From Octopus sinensis (taxonomy: Eukaryota): 64,000 bases of DNA. The notes beneath the pieces are model-generated. The model saw nothing but the letters and a program-made list of their open reading frames with translations, searched no databases and had not been told where the DNA came from. Numbering within the stretch: position 1 is the first letter of the stretch; each line of letters begins with the position of its first letter. The DNA lies in contig NC_043011.1 of assembly GCF_006345805.1 (NCBI RefSeq), positions 18,860,464 to 18,924,463 on the forward strand, written 5' to 3'. Of the stretch, positions 13,142-26,045 are shown piece after piece. A program made the position numbers and the translations under genes.

Positions 13142-13184
<43 letters not shown>

Positions 13185-13230
13185 TTACTACTACTATTAT
13201 TATTATCATTTTTATTATTATTATCATTAT
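13134..13230. repeat. (ACT)n/(ATT)n microsatellite
   Basis: Directly visible. Confidence 0.95.
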
Positions 13231-13231
13231 T

Positions 13232-13830
13232 CCAGTTCAAAGCATCCCAAAATTTCAGCAGAGCTTTGGTGATGATGCAATGGGCAAAATTCAGATCAAA
13301 GACAAGTACAATGCAAACTGGGTCGCAATTCATTGGAGAGCGAAGCACACCCAGACAGGTCATCCACAAGCCGAAACGAGGAGCTGATGAATGATTCGTC
13401 CAATAGTAATTGAGTTCTGGCTTGTAACAGCGCAGTAAATTACAAGCGAGGTGGGAATAAGCACAAGATCGATGCATTCTGTTTTAACGGAGAATTTGTG
13501 CATGCGGAGAGGGGCAGTGAAGAGAAAATCGAATTCCTGATGCACGCACAACGTAATCTGACTATTCCGTTAAATAACAACACATCTCTTGATCGAAAGG
13601 CTCTAGATTCAGCTGACTTCTGGTACTTCCATACACTGGAAACCACGCTGAAAGGGAAGAGATTATAGTCGCGAGAAAAATATGCGAAAAGCTACAGCGG
13701 AGCTCAATAGCATGGCAGTGAAGGCGTTCTAGATGTATTACCAGCAGTGATAGAACCGTTGGGACAAATGTCTGAACTTTCAAGTGTTGTACTTTGAAGG
13801 TAGGTAATTAAATAAAAAAAATTTAAATTT
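13232..13830 (+). mobile_element. Internally deleted mariner transposase remnant
   Basis: HTH region (QQSFGDDAMGKIQIKD..SLESEAHPDRSSTSRNEE..EVGISTRSMHSVLTENLCMRR) runs into the C-terminus (KATAELNS..NRWDKC..YFEG). The catalytic middle is missing. Confidence 0.8.
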
Positions 13831-14755
13831 AAAAAAATGAATTATTTTAAAATTCAATGCTCGGATACGTTTTGAAAAAATACAATCGTCTTTTCATGCA
13901 CACACACACACTCACTCACACACTAAAACACACAAGAGATACGTTTTTGTGTGCATGTACGCATGTATAATTCAAAATAATGTGTTGGCTTAGAATTTAC
14001 ATTACACCATATTTTACTCCCAAACGCGTATGTTGGATACTTTCGAAGGGAATCTTTCTTTCTGCAATAAAAATTACTTGAATGTAGATTGAAAAATTAT
14101 TTACCAGTATAAGATATTAAGAATGCATTTTTATTTTTGAATATTTGAACTAATTCACATAAATAATATTAAATATTTAGATAAACTTCCCAAGGATGTT
14201 TCATTGAAAATATTTCTTGAACAGAGTTTTCAATAAATCATAAATCACATTCTAGCTGTAGCCGCGTTTATTTTTGATAGCTACGTAAGTAAGTTTGATC
14301 AGATATTAGCGAATATTTATTGGACATTTATGCTCTACTTTATGAGATTAATGTGGAAAAAGCATGTACAGCACTGGAATATGTAATCCCACTTCTATGA
14401 ATTCAATAAGTTTTAGATGAAATATAGCCTCCATAATTCATATAATTTATTATTTACTGATTTGAAATAGAATATGATTTTTCTGCATTCGGTTCACGTT
14501 AGTTGAAATTCTCATGATCTCATTTTTTTTTGGCTAATTATCATTACAACTGATCCGATTAGAAATACCTAAGTAGGTATGACTACTAATTAAAGTTTCA
14601 TGTTCCTTTTAAAAACCTGTATATACCAGGCATATTTTTATACCTAATACTAATATAATTATTACATACTATTGAACTAATACAGATATATTAAGACCTT
14701 TGGATATAAGTGTATATGAAAACTTGTGTAATAGATTACTGGAAAATATTTGATA

Positions 14756-15153
14756 TAGGCGTATGAGTGGCTGTGTGGTAAGTAGTTTGCTTACCAACTA
14801 CTCGGTTCCGGGTTGAGTCCCAATGCGTGGTACCTTGGGCAAGTGTCTTTTACTATAGCCTCGGGCCGACCAAAGACTTGTGAGTGGATTTGGTAGACGG
14901 AAACTGAAGGAATCCCGTCGTACATATGGATATATATATTTTGCATGTGTGTGTATGTTTGTATGTCTGTGCTTGTCCCCAACATCGCTTGACAACCGAT
15001 GCTGGTGTGTTAACGTCCCCGTGACTTAGCGGTTCAGCAAACGGGACCGATTGAATAAGTACTAGGCTTACAAAGACTAAGTCCTGGGGTCTATTTGCTC
15101 GACTAAAGGTGGTGCTTCAGCATGGCCACAGTTAAATGACTGAAACAAGTAAA
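14756..15153 (+). mobile_element. SINE family A, near full length
   Basis: GAGTGGCTGTGTGGTAAGTAG..GGTTCCGGGTTGAGTCCC..CCTTGGGCAAGTGTC..GACTGAAACAAGTAAAA. Confidence 0.9.
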
Positions 15154-15519
15154 ACAGCATAAGTTTAGAAATTTTGTTAGTATTATAACCGGATATTTGG
15201 TCCTGCCAATATTGATATTGTTGACTTTGGAAAGTACCCTATTGCAACCGCTTAAGTAACAACTAATCCAAAAAATGAAAGACGTAAATTGATCGAATAA
15301 ACAGCAACATACATAATAAAGGATGAATGTTAAAAAAAGCCACTGCGAATATACTCAATAGAACTTTTGGAACAAAGATTGATGTGTATTCCCAAAATAG
15401 TCCAATCGATTGAACTGCTTTTACTGGATTATGAATCCGGTTGAAATTAAACTATATCCATTCGCAAGGCAACTAAGGATCGATCAGAGCCGCATAACCC
15501 TTGTTAACAATAGTAACAT

Positions 15520-15970
15520 ATACACAAGATCAAGCATTAAGGACTAATCTGCCCAAGATCAGGCATTAAGGACTGATTGGATAAAAGCAAATATAGACAA
15601 AAAGCAAGTAGAATCTCAATGTAGATTATGCAAATCCAAAAAGGAAATCGTTGCTTACATAGTAAGTGGATGTAGCATGCTGGCTCAGAGAGAATACAAG
15701 AAAAGGCTTGACAATCTAGGGGAGTAATCCACTGGAGCTATGTAGAAAGCTAAGATTTGAACACACTGATAAATGTTATGAGCATAAGCCAGGTAGTGTA
15801 TTAAAAAGAAATAAAAGATGTCGTGGCTCTTGAACATTCAGACTGACAGAGTAATAGAAACTAGAAGCCATGATTTGGTACTAGCATTACATAAGGAGAA
15901 TAGAAAGTGCTAGATGATCGACTTTACAGTCCCTAATGATAAAAACATTAATATGAGAAATATAGAAAGG
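15520..15970 (+). mobile_element. R4/Dong-clade remnant, CCHC finger plus start of the restriction-like endonuclease
   Basis: QDQALRTDWIKANIDKKQVESQCRLCKSKKEIVAYIVSGCSMLAQREYKKR..YEHKP..IQTDRVIETRSHDLVL..MIDFTVPND. Confidence 0.8.
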
Positions 15971-16111
15971 GAGGCCATCCCTTTCTCGTAAGCCTAAGTG
16001 ATACGCACCAGACCGCGGTGTGGCTAGCCATATTGAGATGGCTATTATACTTTACATTGTCGAGCGATTACTGTTTACGTTTCGTTCAGAGATTTAATAA
16101 TGCTTGCAGAC

Positions 16112-19100
16112 AAAATAATTTAAAAAAATTAATTGAAAAAAATTAATTGAAAACAAAATTATTTTTTAAAAAAATTATTAAAAAAAATTATTTAAAAAAA
16201 GAATTATTTTTTTTAAATAATTAAAAAAATTAATATTACCTAAAAAAAATTAATTATAAAAAAAGATAGTTTAAAAATATTAATTAAAACAAACATTTAA
16301 AAAAATATTAAAAAAAAAATTATTTGAAAAACAAGTTCATTAAAAAAAAATTATTTAAAAAAATTACTTTAAAAAATTTTATTAAAAAATGATTTATTGA
16401 AACAAATTAATTAAATAAAAAGAAATATAATTAAAAAGAAATTAATTAAAAAAAATATTAAAAAAAAATTAATAAAAAAAATTAATAAAAAAAAAATTAA
16501 TTAAAAAAAAATTAATTAAAAAAAAATTATTCAAAAAACATTAATTAAAAAAGATTAATAAAAAAATTATTGTTAAAAAACATTAATTACAAAAATTTAA
16601 TTATAAAAATTTAATTTAAAAAGAAATTAATTAAAAAAATTATTTAAAAAAATATTTTTTTAAAAAATTCATTTAAAGAAATTATTTCAAAAGAAAATTA
16701 TTAAAAAAAAATTATTTAAAAAAAGAATTATTTTTTTTAAATAATTAAAAAAAAATTAATTAAAAAAATTAATTAAAAAAATTATTAAAAAAAATATTAA
16801 AAAAAACAATAAAAAAAATTAATTAAAAAAAAATAAGAACAAAAAATTGTTTTAAAAAATATTAATTAAGAAGAAAATTAATTAAAAAAAAAAATAATAA
16901 ATATTATTAACAGAAAATTCTTTGAAATTAAAACAAATTAATTTTTTAAAAAAATTAATTAAATAAAAAGAAATATAATTAAAAAGAAATTAATTAAAAA
17001 AATTAATTAAAAAAAAATTAATAAAAAAAATTAATTATAAAAATTTAATTAAAAAAATTAATTAAAAAAATTATTTAAAAAAAGAATTATTTTTTTTAAA
17101 TAATTAAAAAAATTAATTGAAAAAAATTAATTGAAAATAAAATTAATTGAAAAACAATTATTAAAACATTTTTTTTTTAGTAATTTATAAAAAATTAATT
17201 AAAAAAATTATTAAAAAAACCTAATTAAAAAATCAATTAAAAAAATTAATTAAAAAAAATTACTTAAAAAAGATGAATTTAAACAAAAGTTAATTCTAAA
17301 AAAAATTAATTAAAAAAATTAATTAAAAAAAAATTATTCAAAAAACATTTTAAAAAAATTATTTGAAAATATTCCAAAAAAACATTAATTAAAATAAATT
17401 ATTAAAAAAAAATTAACAAAAAATGAATTAAATCAAAGTAATAAAAAAATAATAAATAAAAAAAAAAATTAATTTAAAGAATTAATTAACAAAATATTAA
17501 TTACCAAAAAAAGTAATTAAAAAAAATTAATTAAAAAACATCACTAAAATAAATTAAATATAAAAAATTATTTAAAAAAATATTAAAAAAAAAATTATTT
17601 TAAAAAAATTATTTAAAAAAATTAATTAAAAAAAATATTAAAAAAAAATTAATAAAAAAAAAATTAATAAAAAAAATTAATAAAAATTTAATTAAAAAAA
17701 TTATTTTAGAAAATTAATAAAAAAATATTATTAAAAAAAATATTATTTTAAAAAAATTATTGAAAACAAAATTATTTTAAATAGAAATAACTAAAATTTA
17801 ATTACAAAAAAAATTAATTAAAAAAAATATTATTAAAATTTATTAATTAAAAAAAATTACTTAAAAAAGATGAATTTAAACAAAAGTTAATTCTAAAAAA
17901 AATTAATTATAAAAAAAGATAGTTTAAAAATATTAATTAAAACAAACATTTAAAAAAAATATTAAAAAAAAAATTATTTGAAAAACAAGTTCATTAAAAA
18001 AAAATTATTTAAAAAAATTACTTTAAAAAATTTTATTAAAAAATGATTTATTGAAACAAATTAATTAAATAAAAAGAAATATAATTAAAAAGAAATTAAT
18101 TAAAAACATTAATTAATACACAAATTACATAACAAAAAACTTTATTAAAATAAATATTAATTAAGAAAAACATTAATTCAAAAAACATTAATTAAAAAAG
18201 ATTAATAAAAAAATTATTGTTAAAAAACATTAATTACAAAAATTTAATTATAAAAATTTAATTTAAAAAGAAATTAATTAAAAAAATTATTTAAAAAGAT
18301 TTTATTTTTAAAAAATTATTCGAAAATATTCCAAAAAAATATAAATTAACAACAATTATTTTTAAAAAAATTAACAAAAAATTTATTTAAACAAATAAGT
18401 AAAAAAAAATATTAAAAAAAACAATAAAAAAAATTAATTAAAAAAAATAAGAACAAAAAATTGTTTTAAAAAATATTAATTAAGAAGAAAATTAATTAAA
18501 AAAAAAATAATAAATATTATTAACAGAAAATTCTTTGAAATTAAAACAAATTAATTTTTTAAAAAATTCATTTAAAGAAATTATTTCAAAAGAAAATTAT
18601 TAAAAAAACCATTAAATAAAAGAAATTTATTAAAAAAACCTAATTAAAAAATCAATTAAAAAAATTAATTCAATAAAATTAATTTTAAAAATTATTAAAA
18701 AAATTAATTAAGAAGAAAATTAATTGAAAATAAAATTAATTGAAAAACAATTATTAAAACACATTTTTTTTTTAGTAATTTATAAAAAATTAATTAAAAA
18801 CAAAAATTTAAAACATGTAAAAAATTTATTACAAATATTAATTTAAAAAATTAATTTAAAAAAATTAATTCTGAAAAACGTTAATTTAAATTAATTAAAA
18901 AAAATTATTCAAAAAACATTTTAAAAAAATTATTTGAAAATATTCCAAAAAAACATTAATTAAAATAAATTATTAAAAAAAATTAACAAAAAATGAATTA
19001 AATCAAAGTAATAAAAAAATAAATAAATAAAAAAAAAATTAATTTAAAGAATTAATTAACAAAATATTAATTACCAAAAAAAGTAATTAAAAAAAATTAA

Positions 19101-19811
19101 TTAAAAAACATCACTAAAATAAATTAAATATAAAAAATTATTTAAAAAAGAAATTTTAAAAAGTATTTAAGAAAAAGGAATTAAAAAAATTATTTAAAAA
19201 ATAATTAATTAAAAAAAAATTAAATAAAAAAATTAATAAAAATTTAATTAAAAAAATTATTTTAGAAAATTAATAAAAAAATATTATTAAAAAAATATTA
19301 TTTTAAAAAAATTATTGAAAACAAATTATTTTAAATAGAAATAACTAAAATTTAATTACAAAAAAAATTAATTAAAAAAAATATTTATTAAAATTTATTA
19401 ATTAAAAAAAAATTACTTAAAAAAGATGAATTTAAACAAAAGTTAATTCTAAAAAAAATTAATTAAAAAAAAAATATTTAAAAAAAAATTACTTGAAAAA
19501 AAATTAAGGAAAAGTCATTATTTAAAAAAATATTTTTTTAAAAATTAACAAATACTTAATTGAAAAAAATAATGAAATAAAATTAATTAATATAAAAATT
19601 AATTTTAAGAATAGTAATTTTTAAAAATGAATTATAAAAAAAAATTGATTAAAATTTATTTTTTTTAATTTTTGAAAAAAAAAATTTTATTAATTAAATT
19701 TTTAAAAAATTAATTAAAGGAAATGAATTCATAAATATCAATTAACAGAAATTTATACTAAAAAAAATTAATTTAAAAAGAAATTAATAAAGAAATTATT
19801 TTAAAAAAAAG
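16112..19811. repeat. 3.7-kb extremely A/T-rich low-complexity array with ~1.55-1.65 kb higher-order duplication
   Basis: Built from A-tract + TTAATT/TTATTT modules. Rare G/C landmarks recur at offsets of 1653, 1647, 1615, 1571, 1570 and 1556 bp. Confidence 0.9.
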
Positions 19812-20128
19812 TATTATAGCCCACAAACAAACTGTAAAGCCAGAAATGTAGTCTATAGTATAATATGTATAGAGGGATGATGCAGTAACAAGACAACGAC
19901 ATACGTAGGGGAAACGGCAAGAAGCATAGGAGAGCGGGTAAATGACATTGGAGAGAACTCAAGGTTTCTGTACCAACACGCCCAACAGGAACACGGGGGA
20001 TCAATCAACAACTTAGAAATTAAAATATTGTCCACACAGAGAACAGATGCAACAATCAGACAAATTACAGAAGCTACACACATAATAGAAAATAAACCTA
20101 GCCTGAATAGGAAACTAGAATGGAACAC
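19812..20128 (+). mobile_element. Penelope-like GIY-YIG endonuclease remnant
   Basis: NCKARNVVYSIICIEG*CSNKTTTYVGETARSIGERV..LYQHAQQEH..IKILST..IRQITEATHIIENKPSLNRKLEW; VVY/YVG dyad plus the C-terminal E and LN motifs; one stop. Confidence 0.85.
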
Positions 20129-20749
20129 TAGCACACACCACAACATATGACGGTAGAGGATCCCGAAAACATAAATACACAGATAAATAAACAAATAGAA
20201 ATAAATAACTATATAAGTTTGTTTTTTTTAATTATTATTATTACTAGTATTGATGTTATACATACATACATACAAGCATATGTAATGATGATAATAAGTG
20301 GATGTTAAATACATGAACAAAATAGAATAAACAAAATCAACAACAAAAACAAATTACATGAAATTATATAAACAGAAGTTACAAATATTACAGGTATCCC
20401 CCCACACAGACACACTTGATGAACATAGACGCACATAGAGATATAAGCATGCGCAAATGAAGACATTTAATAGAAATACAAAATGGCTGACGGTTAGTAA
20501 GGAGAGACACAAATAAGAAAGAAGAAAACAAAAGAACTCTGGCCTAAATAAGATTAAGATTAATGTAAAAAATAAATAACACTGAAGCAAAATAACACCA
20601 AATATATAGCAAAATATATCTAACAAAATGCCCATTCCGAAATATAACAATATCTGTTTCAACACACGACTTCACATAAAAAATCTTGCACAACAAATAT
20701 ATATATATATATACATTAATCAAAATAAAAACATGATGCCAAGGATTCA

Positions 20750-20827
20750 GCGGTACATATGTTTCGGTCCTTTATTAGACGGATTTATAATAATGCATAA
20801 TGTGTGTCTATGGCCTTCTTCAGCCGC
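20750..20827 (-). ncRNA. Type I hammerhead ribozyme motif with complete core
   Basis: Minus strand GCGG-CTGAAGA-A-GGCC-A-TAGAC-loop-GTCTA-ATAAA-GG(A)CC-GAAA-CATATG-TA-CCGC; predicted cleavage after GUA, between 20754 and 20753. Confidence 0.8.
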
Positions 20828-20883
20828 GCACAACTACTACCTCAAGGACATGTATTACATCAAAAATTCTACGTTGGGGATGC

Positions 20884-20961
20884 GCGGCTGAAGAAGGCCA
20901 TAGACACACATTATGCATTGTTGTAAATCCGTCTAATAAAGGCCCGAAACATATGTACCGC
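20884..20961 (+). ncRNA. Type I hammerhead ribozyme motif with complete core
   Basis: GCGG(20884-87)-CTGAAGA(20888-94)-A-GGCC-A-TAGAC-loop-GTCTA-ATAAA-GG(C)CC-GAAA(20946-49)-CATATG-TA-CCGC(20958-61); predicted cleavage 3' of A20957. Confidence 0.8.
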
Positions 20962-21077
20962 TGAATTCTTGGCATAATGTTTTTATTTTGATTAATTTAC
21001 TCCACCACCTACACCACCAATCGGTATATACAGGTGCTTACAATTATCAAGTACCCACCCTGAATTTCTGTACCCAA

Positions 21078-21289
<212 letters not shown>

Positions 21290-22284
21290 CTGAAATAACA
21301 AATTGTATAATTGTTCTCAGCAGCATATTCAAGGATCCAATATTAACGACTGTTGATACTATTAATGCATATATAAATATATATATATATATGTGTGTGT
21401 GTGGTGTGTGTGTGTGTGCAACTTAAAACTACACGTGCATATGTATCCATATTATCCTTAAACCTTTTAGACATATTTTTGTAGTAAAACACATCATATT
21501 CATTGCATTATAATAAAAATTTACATGTTTAACCATATGAACAATGGGAGATACTAGTTAATGATATTTCGACCTAAGGATAGAAAAAACTGCAACCCCG
21601 TTTTTTTTATATTTCGCTGGCATATTCTAAGTGAGAACAATACACTCATTTCATAAACCTAATATTTTTTCTTAGAACACCAGAAATTATGTTCTAACCT
21701 ATTTAATCCAAAATGATCCCAGTATTATAATATTTCACTGTATTATTTCTGAAAAAAATCTATCCCTCCTTTATTTACATTGCTCAATCTAATTCCTTGT
21801 ATTTTACACCCCTCACAATAAGTTACATTTGACTTTATCCTATCTTCCTCCCGTAAACATTTATAAATATAGTATAAATATATCTTTCAAATGTATTTCA
21901 TCTTTTAGCATCCTTTCAACGACAAACGTCTAATGATATGAACTCGACATCCTAATAAGTGGCTATGTACATTAGAAATTTTCAAAACACAGTCCTCCAA
22001 CTAGTTATTTCGTAATTCAAGGCCGGACAAATACTTACTTTACCCTGGAGATAACATGTGATATATGGTTTATTACATCTATAATCTTTCGAACTTTCAT
22101 GATTCACACCGGCTGTCGAATTGAAACATGTGTAAAATTTTTCGGATATTTTTGGCTGGTTTTATTGATCCGGTTCCTTTTCTACTTATTCTTATACGTA
22201 TCACATTTAGTTTGCATTACTTTTGAATTAATAAAATATACCAAGTATCTTTTACATTTCCCCGTTAACGTTTTTAACTCTACA

Positions 22285-22364
22285 TACAAATATATATACA
22301 TACAAATGCATAAATATACATACAAATATACATACATACATACATACATACATACATACATACA

Positions 22365-22398
<34 letters not shown>

Positions 22399-22441
22399 CA
22401 TACATACATACATGCATACATACATACATACATACATACAT
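22285..22441. repeat. (ACAT)n microsatellite
   Basis: Directly visible. Confidence 0.95.
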
Positions 22442-23265
22442 AAATCATTGTACAAGATTCTATGGATATGTCTACATTATGAATGGCAATATTTTATTGA
22501 GTAACTTGGTACAGAAGACTTGACGAAGTGCACGATAAAAAGAATCCAATGACCACAATTTAAGAAGGAATACATTATGTTATAATCTTTTGTACTATAC
22601 AGAATTGATAGGGTGAGACTATGAAACATGTTAGGTAATAATAACATGAAAAATAAATCAATAGCTCATCAAACGTTGAAAAACTCATTTCTGTTACTAA
22701 TGCTTCGATTGTTTCAACTCATGTTTGTTCACAGAAGAAATGCTCAATGTATCTTGTTTCCCACAGAATATTTCTCTGTGTTCCTTTTAACTTCTTGGAA
22801 AACTCATAAAGAATTAAGATGATTTTTACGTAATATATTCGTTCATATTGTGACTAGAAATGACAGCAACTGCTTGCTTCAGCGGGGTGATCATGGTTTC
22901 TACAAGTAATAAAAAGAGGATATATGTACTCTAAACTTTATCTTGATTAGTTGAATTCTTTCGTGCAGTTAAGTTATTGAGGAACGAAAATAGAATTCAT
23001 GCATTTATATTTAATGAATGTTGAATATTAATGTTGAAGACTTCAGCTGATTAACTTCATATGGGTAGTGAGTACCTGGAAAGGAGATCTGAAAGAAATA
23101 AAAATATTTTACACTTGTGTCATTGACCATAAAGTAATGTCGTTAAGGAACTTTAATTGAAGCATTATGGAAGTCTTAAAGAAATAATACGGCTGGCAAC
23201 GGAAACGAGCAACACAGAATTAATGAACGCAAGAAATGATTTATTAATTAGATTTCCTAAATGAA

Positions 23266-23584
23266 GACTCCGCCGGTTACGACGACGAGGGTCCCAGCTG
23301 ATACGATCAGCAGAACAGCTTGCTCGTGAAATTAACGTGCAAATGACTGAGCATTCCACAGACACGTGTACCCTTAACGTAGTTCTCGGGGATAATCAGC
23401 GTGACACAGAGAGTGACAAGGCTGACCCTTTGAAATACAAGTACAACTCATTTTTGCCAGCTGAGTGGACTGGAGCAACGTGAAATAAAGTGTCTTGCTC
23501 AAGGACACAACGCGTCGCCGGGAATCGAACTCACAACCTTACGATCATGAGCCGAATGCCCTAACCACTAAGCCACGCGCCCTC
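23266..23584 (-). mobile_element. tRNA-derived SINE, family C
   Basis: Reverse complement: GCGCGTGGCTTAGTGGTTAGGGCATTCGG (A box)..GAGTTCGATTCCCGG (B box)..TGTGTCCTTGAGCAAGACAC (CORE-like). Confidence 0.85.
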
Positions 23585-23945
23585 ACTTCATTAATTAGAT
23601 TTACTAAAAACTGAAATACATTGCAGATATCCAAATTTCCCCATAAAGTTGGGGATAAACAGAATTTAATCCGTTGCATTAATATTAACTTAGGTTTATA
23701 CTTTTCATATCATTTTTCAAAATATTCTATAAATTTGTATTTCATATGTTTTGGTTCCAGTTATTTTAGCAGAATTCTTAATGAAAGCGTTGCCAAAATC
23801 TGTCTCTATGACAACCAAAATTATTAGTTATCCATCTGATATTATCTGTTATTTTTCATACATACAAACATAAGTATATATGAATATATATATCTACATA
23901 CATACATATATATATATATATATGTGTATATATATATATATATAG

Positions 23946-23998
<53 letters not shown>

Positions 23999-24306
23999 GG
24001 GAGTATTTAGTATTAAATCAAATTTTATGATATAAACATGGAATAGAAAAAAGCCATTATTATGCAATTCAAACAATGATAGACATAAACCAAATCATAA
24101 ATAAAAGATAAAATATATTTTAAAACATATAACTAGATAACAAAAAGTACCAAGTGAATAAACAATATATAATACTTATTGTATATTGTTTATTCATTTT
24201 GTAGAATTTGTGATCTAGTAATATGCTTTAAAATATATTTTATTTTTCATGTATTATTGGTTTATGTCTATCATTGCTTGAATTGCATAATAATGTTTTT
24301 TCTCTA

Positions 24307-24349
<43 letters not shown>

Positions 24350-24384
24350 CCCGTCGGATATATATATATATATATAAAGCCCGT

Positions 24385-24650
24385 CGGATTGTCATTTTCG
24401 TTCCAGATGACCGTTCGGCTAAAGCAGGAATATATAAAGTTTTCCAAATACCTTGGAGATACTCTATCACAATCATCCAGAAGTCTCAGCATGCATTTGG
24501 CAATAAAGCCATGAGGCAACATAAGATCAATGAGTGGTACAACCACTTCAAACATAACCACATCTCAGTGATGAGTGAGGCACGCTCAGGAAGGTTATCC
24601 ACAAGACGAAACGAGAAGCCCATTCAGAAAGTTTGGCAAATAGATATATC
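24385..24650 (+). mobile_element. Mariner transposase N-terminal (HTH) remnant
   Basis: TIIQKSQHAFGNKAMRQHKINEWYNHFK..SVMSEARSGRLSTRRNEK; same subfamily type as the 13232 copy. Confidence 0.75.
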
Positions 24651-24924
24651 TTGGATTGTTACACTATTTTCTCTCACGCAAGCATACTTGCAGGGTTTTT
24701 CTAAAACCAGCTATGCGTATTCGAACCTGAAAGATGGCTTGCAGAGACAAGGTACGATGTTTCATAAACATAGAACGATAACTAGCTCATATTTAGATTC
24801 TCTCTATCTTAAATGATATTACTCTGTTACTGCATGGTGTATTTTTTATTGATACTACTGATAACGGATTATTAAAATATATGTGTGCCTTTCTGAGGAT
24901 ATATATTCGTTCATTTGTTCTTTG

Positions 24925-25105
24925 ATGTGTGTCAGTCATTTGGCTGCAGCCATGTTGGTGCACTACCATTAGTTGAACAAATCAAAAACAGGACCTATTA
25001 TTTGCAATCCTAGTACTTATTATATCGATCTGTTTACCGAACGGCTACGTACACACAGCAAAATCGGTTGCCAATCGATGGTGGTGGACAAATACAGACA
25101 CAAAA
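24925..25105 (-). mobile_element. SINE family A, 3' part
   Basis: TCAGTCATTTGGCTGCAGCCATG..CTAGTACTTATT..ATCG matches the reverse complement of the family A tail. Confidence 0.7.
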
Positions 25106-25135
25106 AAATACATACACATCCACACAAAGGCACAC

Positions 25136-25177
<42 letters not shown>

Positions 25178-25241
25178 CCGCGTGTGTACCGTTGGCGATT
25201 TTTTCCTCCGTCTTCCCTTCTCTGGATCTTCCTTTCCCTAT

Positions 25242-25276
25242 GTTTCTGACGAAGAGCTCCGCTCCAAACGTAAAAC
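25242..25276 (+). ncRNA. Minimal PLE-type hammerhead motif, core-mutated (G12>C), inside a pseudo-LTR-like repeat (~25156-25380)
   Basis: GTTT-CTGACGA-A-GAGC-tcc-GCTC-CAAAC-GTA-AAAC: 4-bp stems I and II, palindromic ACGT stem III. C at 25265 where G12 is required. Confidence 0.75.
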
Positions 25277-25374
25277 CCCTCCTTCTTCCCTTCCTTCCTG
25301 AGCGTCCAATAATACTATATTTGTTCCACGTCCTCACGTTGTTGTGTTTTGTCTTTGTGTTTTCATGTTTGGAT

Positions 25375-25413
<39 letters not shown>

Positions 25414-25420
25414 TTATTTA

Positions 25421-25630
25421 TAAGGCGATCTATCAGGAAACGTTAGCACGCCGGGCGAAATGCGTAGCCGTATGTCGTTCTGAGTTCAAATTCCGCCGAG
25501 ATCGACTTTGCCTTTCATCCTTTCGTTGTCGATAAATAAAGTACCAGTTTTTCAGTGGGGTTGATGTAATCGACACAATTCGTCTGTCTGTCCTTGTTCG
25601 TCCCCTCTATGTTTAGGCCAATAAAGAAAT
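25421..25630 (+). mobile_element. SINE family B
   Basis: AAGGCG..GAAACGTTAGCACGCCGGGCGAAATG..GAGTTCAAATTCCGCCGAG..CCTTTCATCCTTTCG. Confidence 0.85.
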
Positions 25631-25986
25631 ATATATATGTATATAAATATAAATTAGAAAAAACACCTTTAATCAATTCAAAATGAAAAATTAAATTACA
25701 CCATCCAGGAAATTATATATAATAGAAAGATTAAATATAAGATAAAAATATAACGATGATTAAGTACTGTGCAAAATAATAAATAAAACGCATATATTTG
25801 GTACAATAACGACACGTGTTTCGTGGCTATATTTAAGAAATGATTATAGTAAAAATATTTGTAGTAGTAGTAAAATCACTTCAATATAAATATAGCCACT
25901 CATCAGGCTAAAGATAACCACAATAATAAAATAGTTAATTAATTAATAAATATACATAATTAATCTTTTAAAATATAAATATATTC

Positions 25987-26045
<59 letters not shown>

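Larger units (their letters stand above)
20715..20996. repeat. 116-bp inverted repeat (111/116 matched) with 50-bp spacer; PLE pseudo-LTR-like arms
   Basis: Arms 20715-20830 and 20881-20996 compared base by base; mismatches at left-arm positions 20735, 20744, 20768, 20788 and 20791. Confidence 0.97.

Noticed and set aside
20140-20172. CATATGA-CGG..CCC-GAAAAC downstream of the PLE endonuclease, resembling a hammerhead
   Set aside because: Two core mismatches, poor stem II, and no NUH/stem I; at best a very decayed motif.
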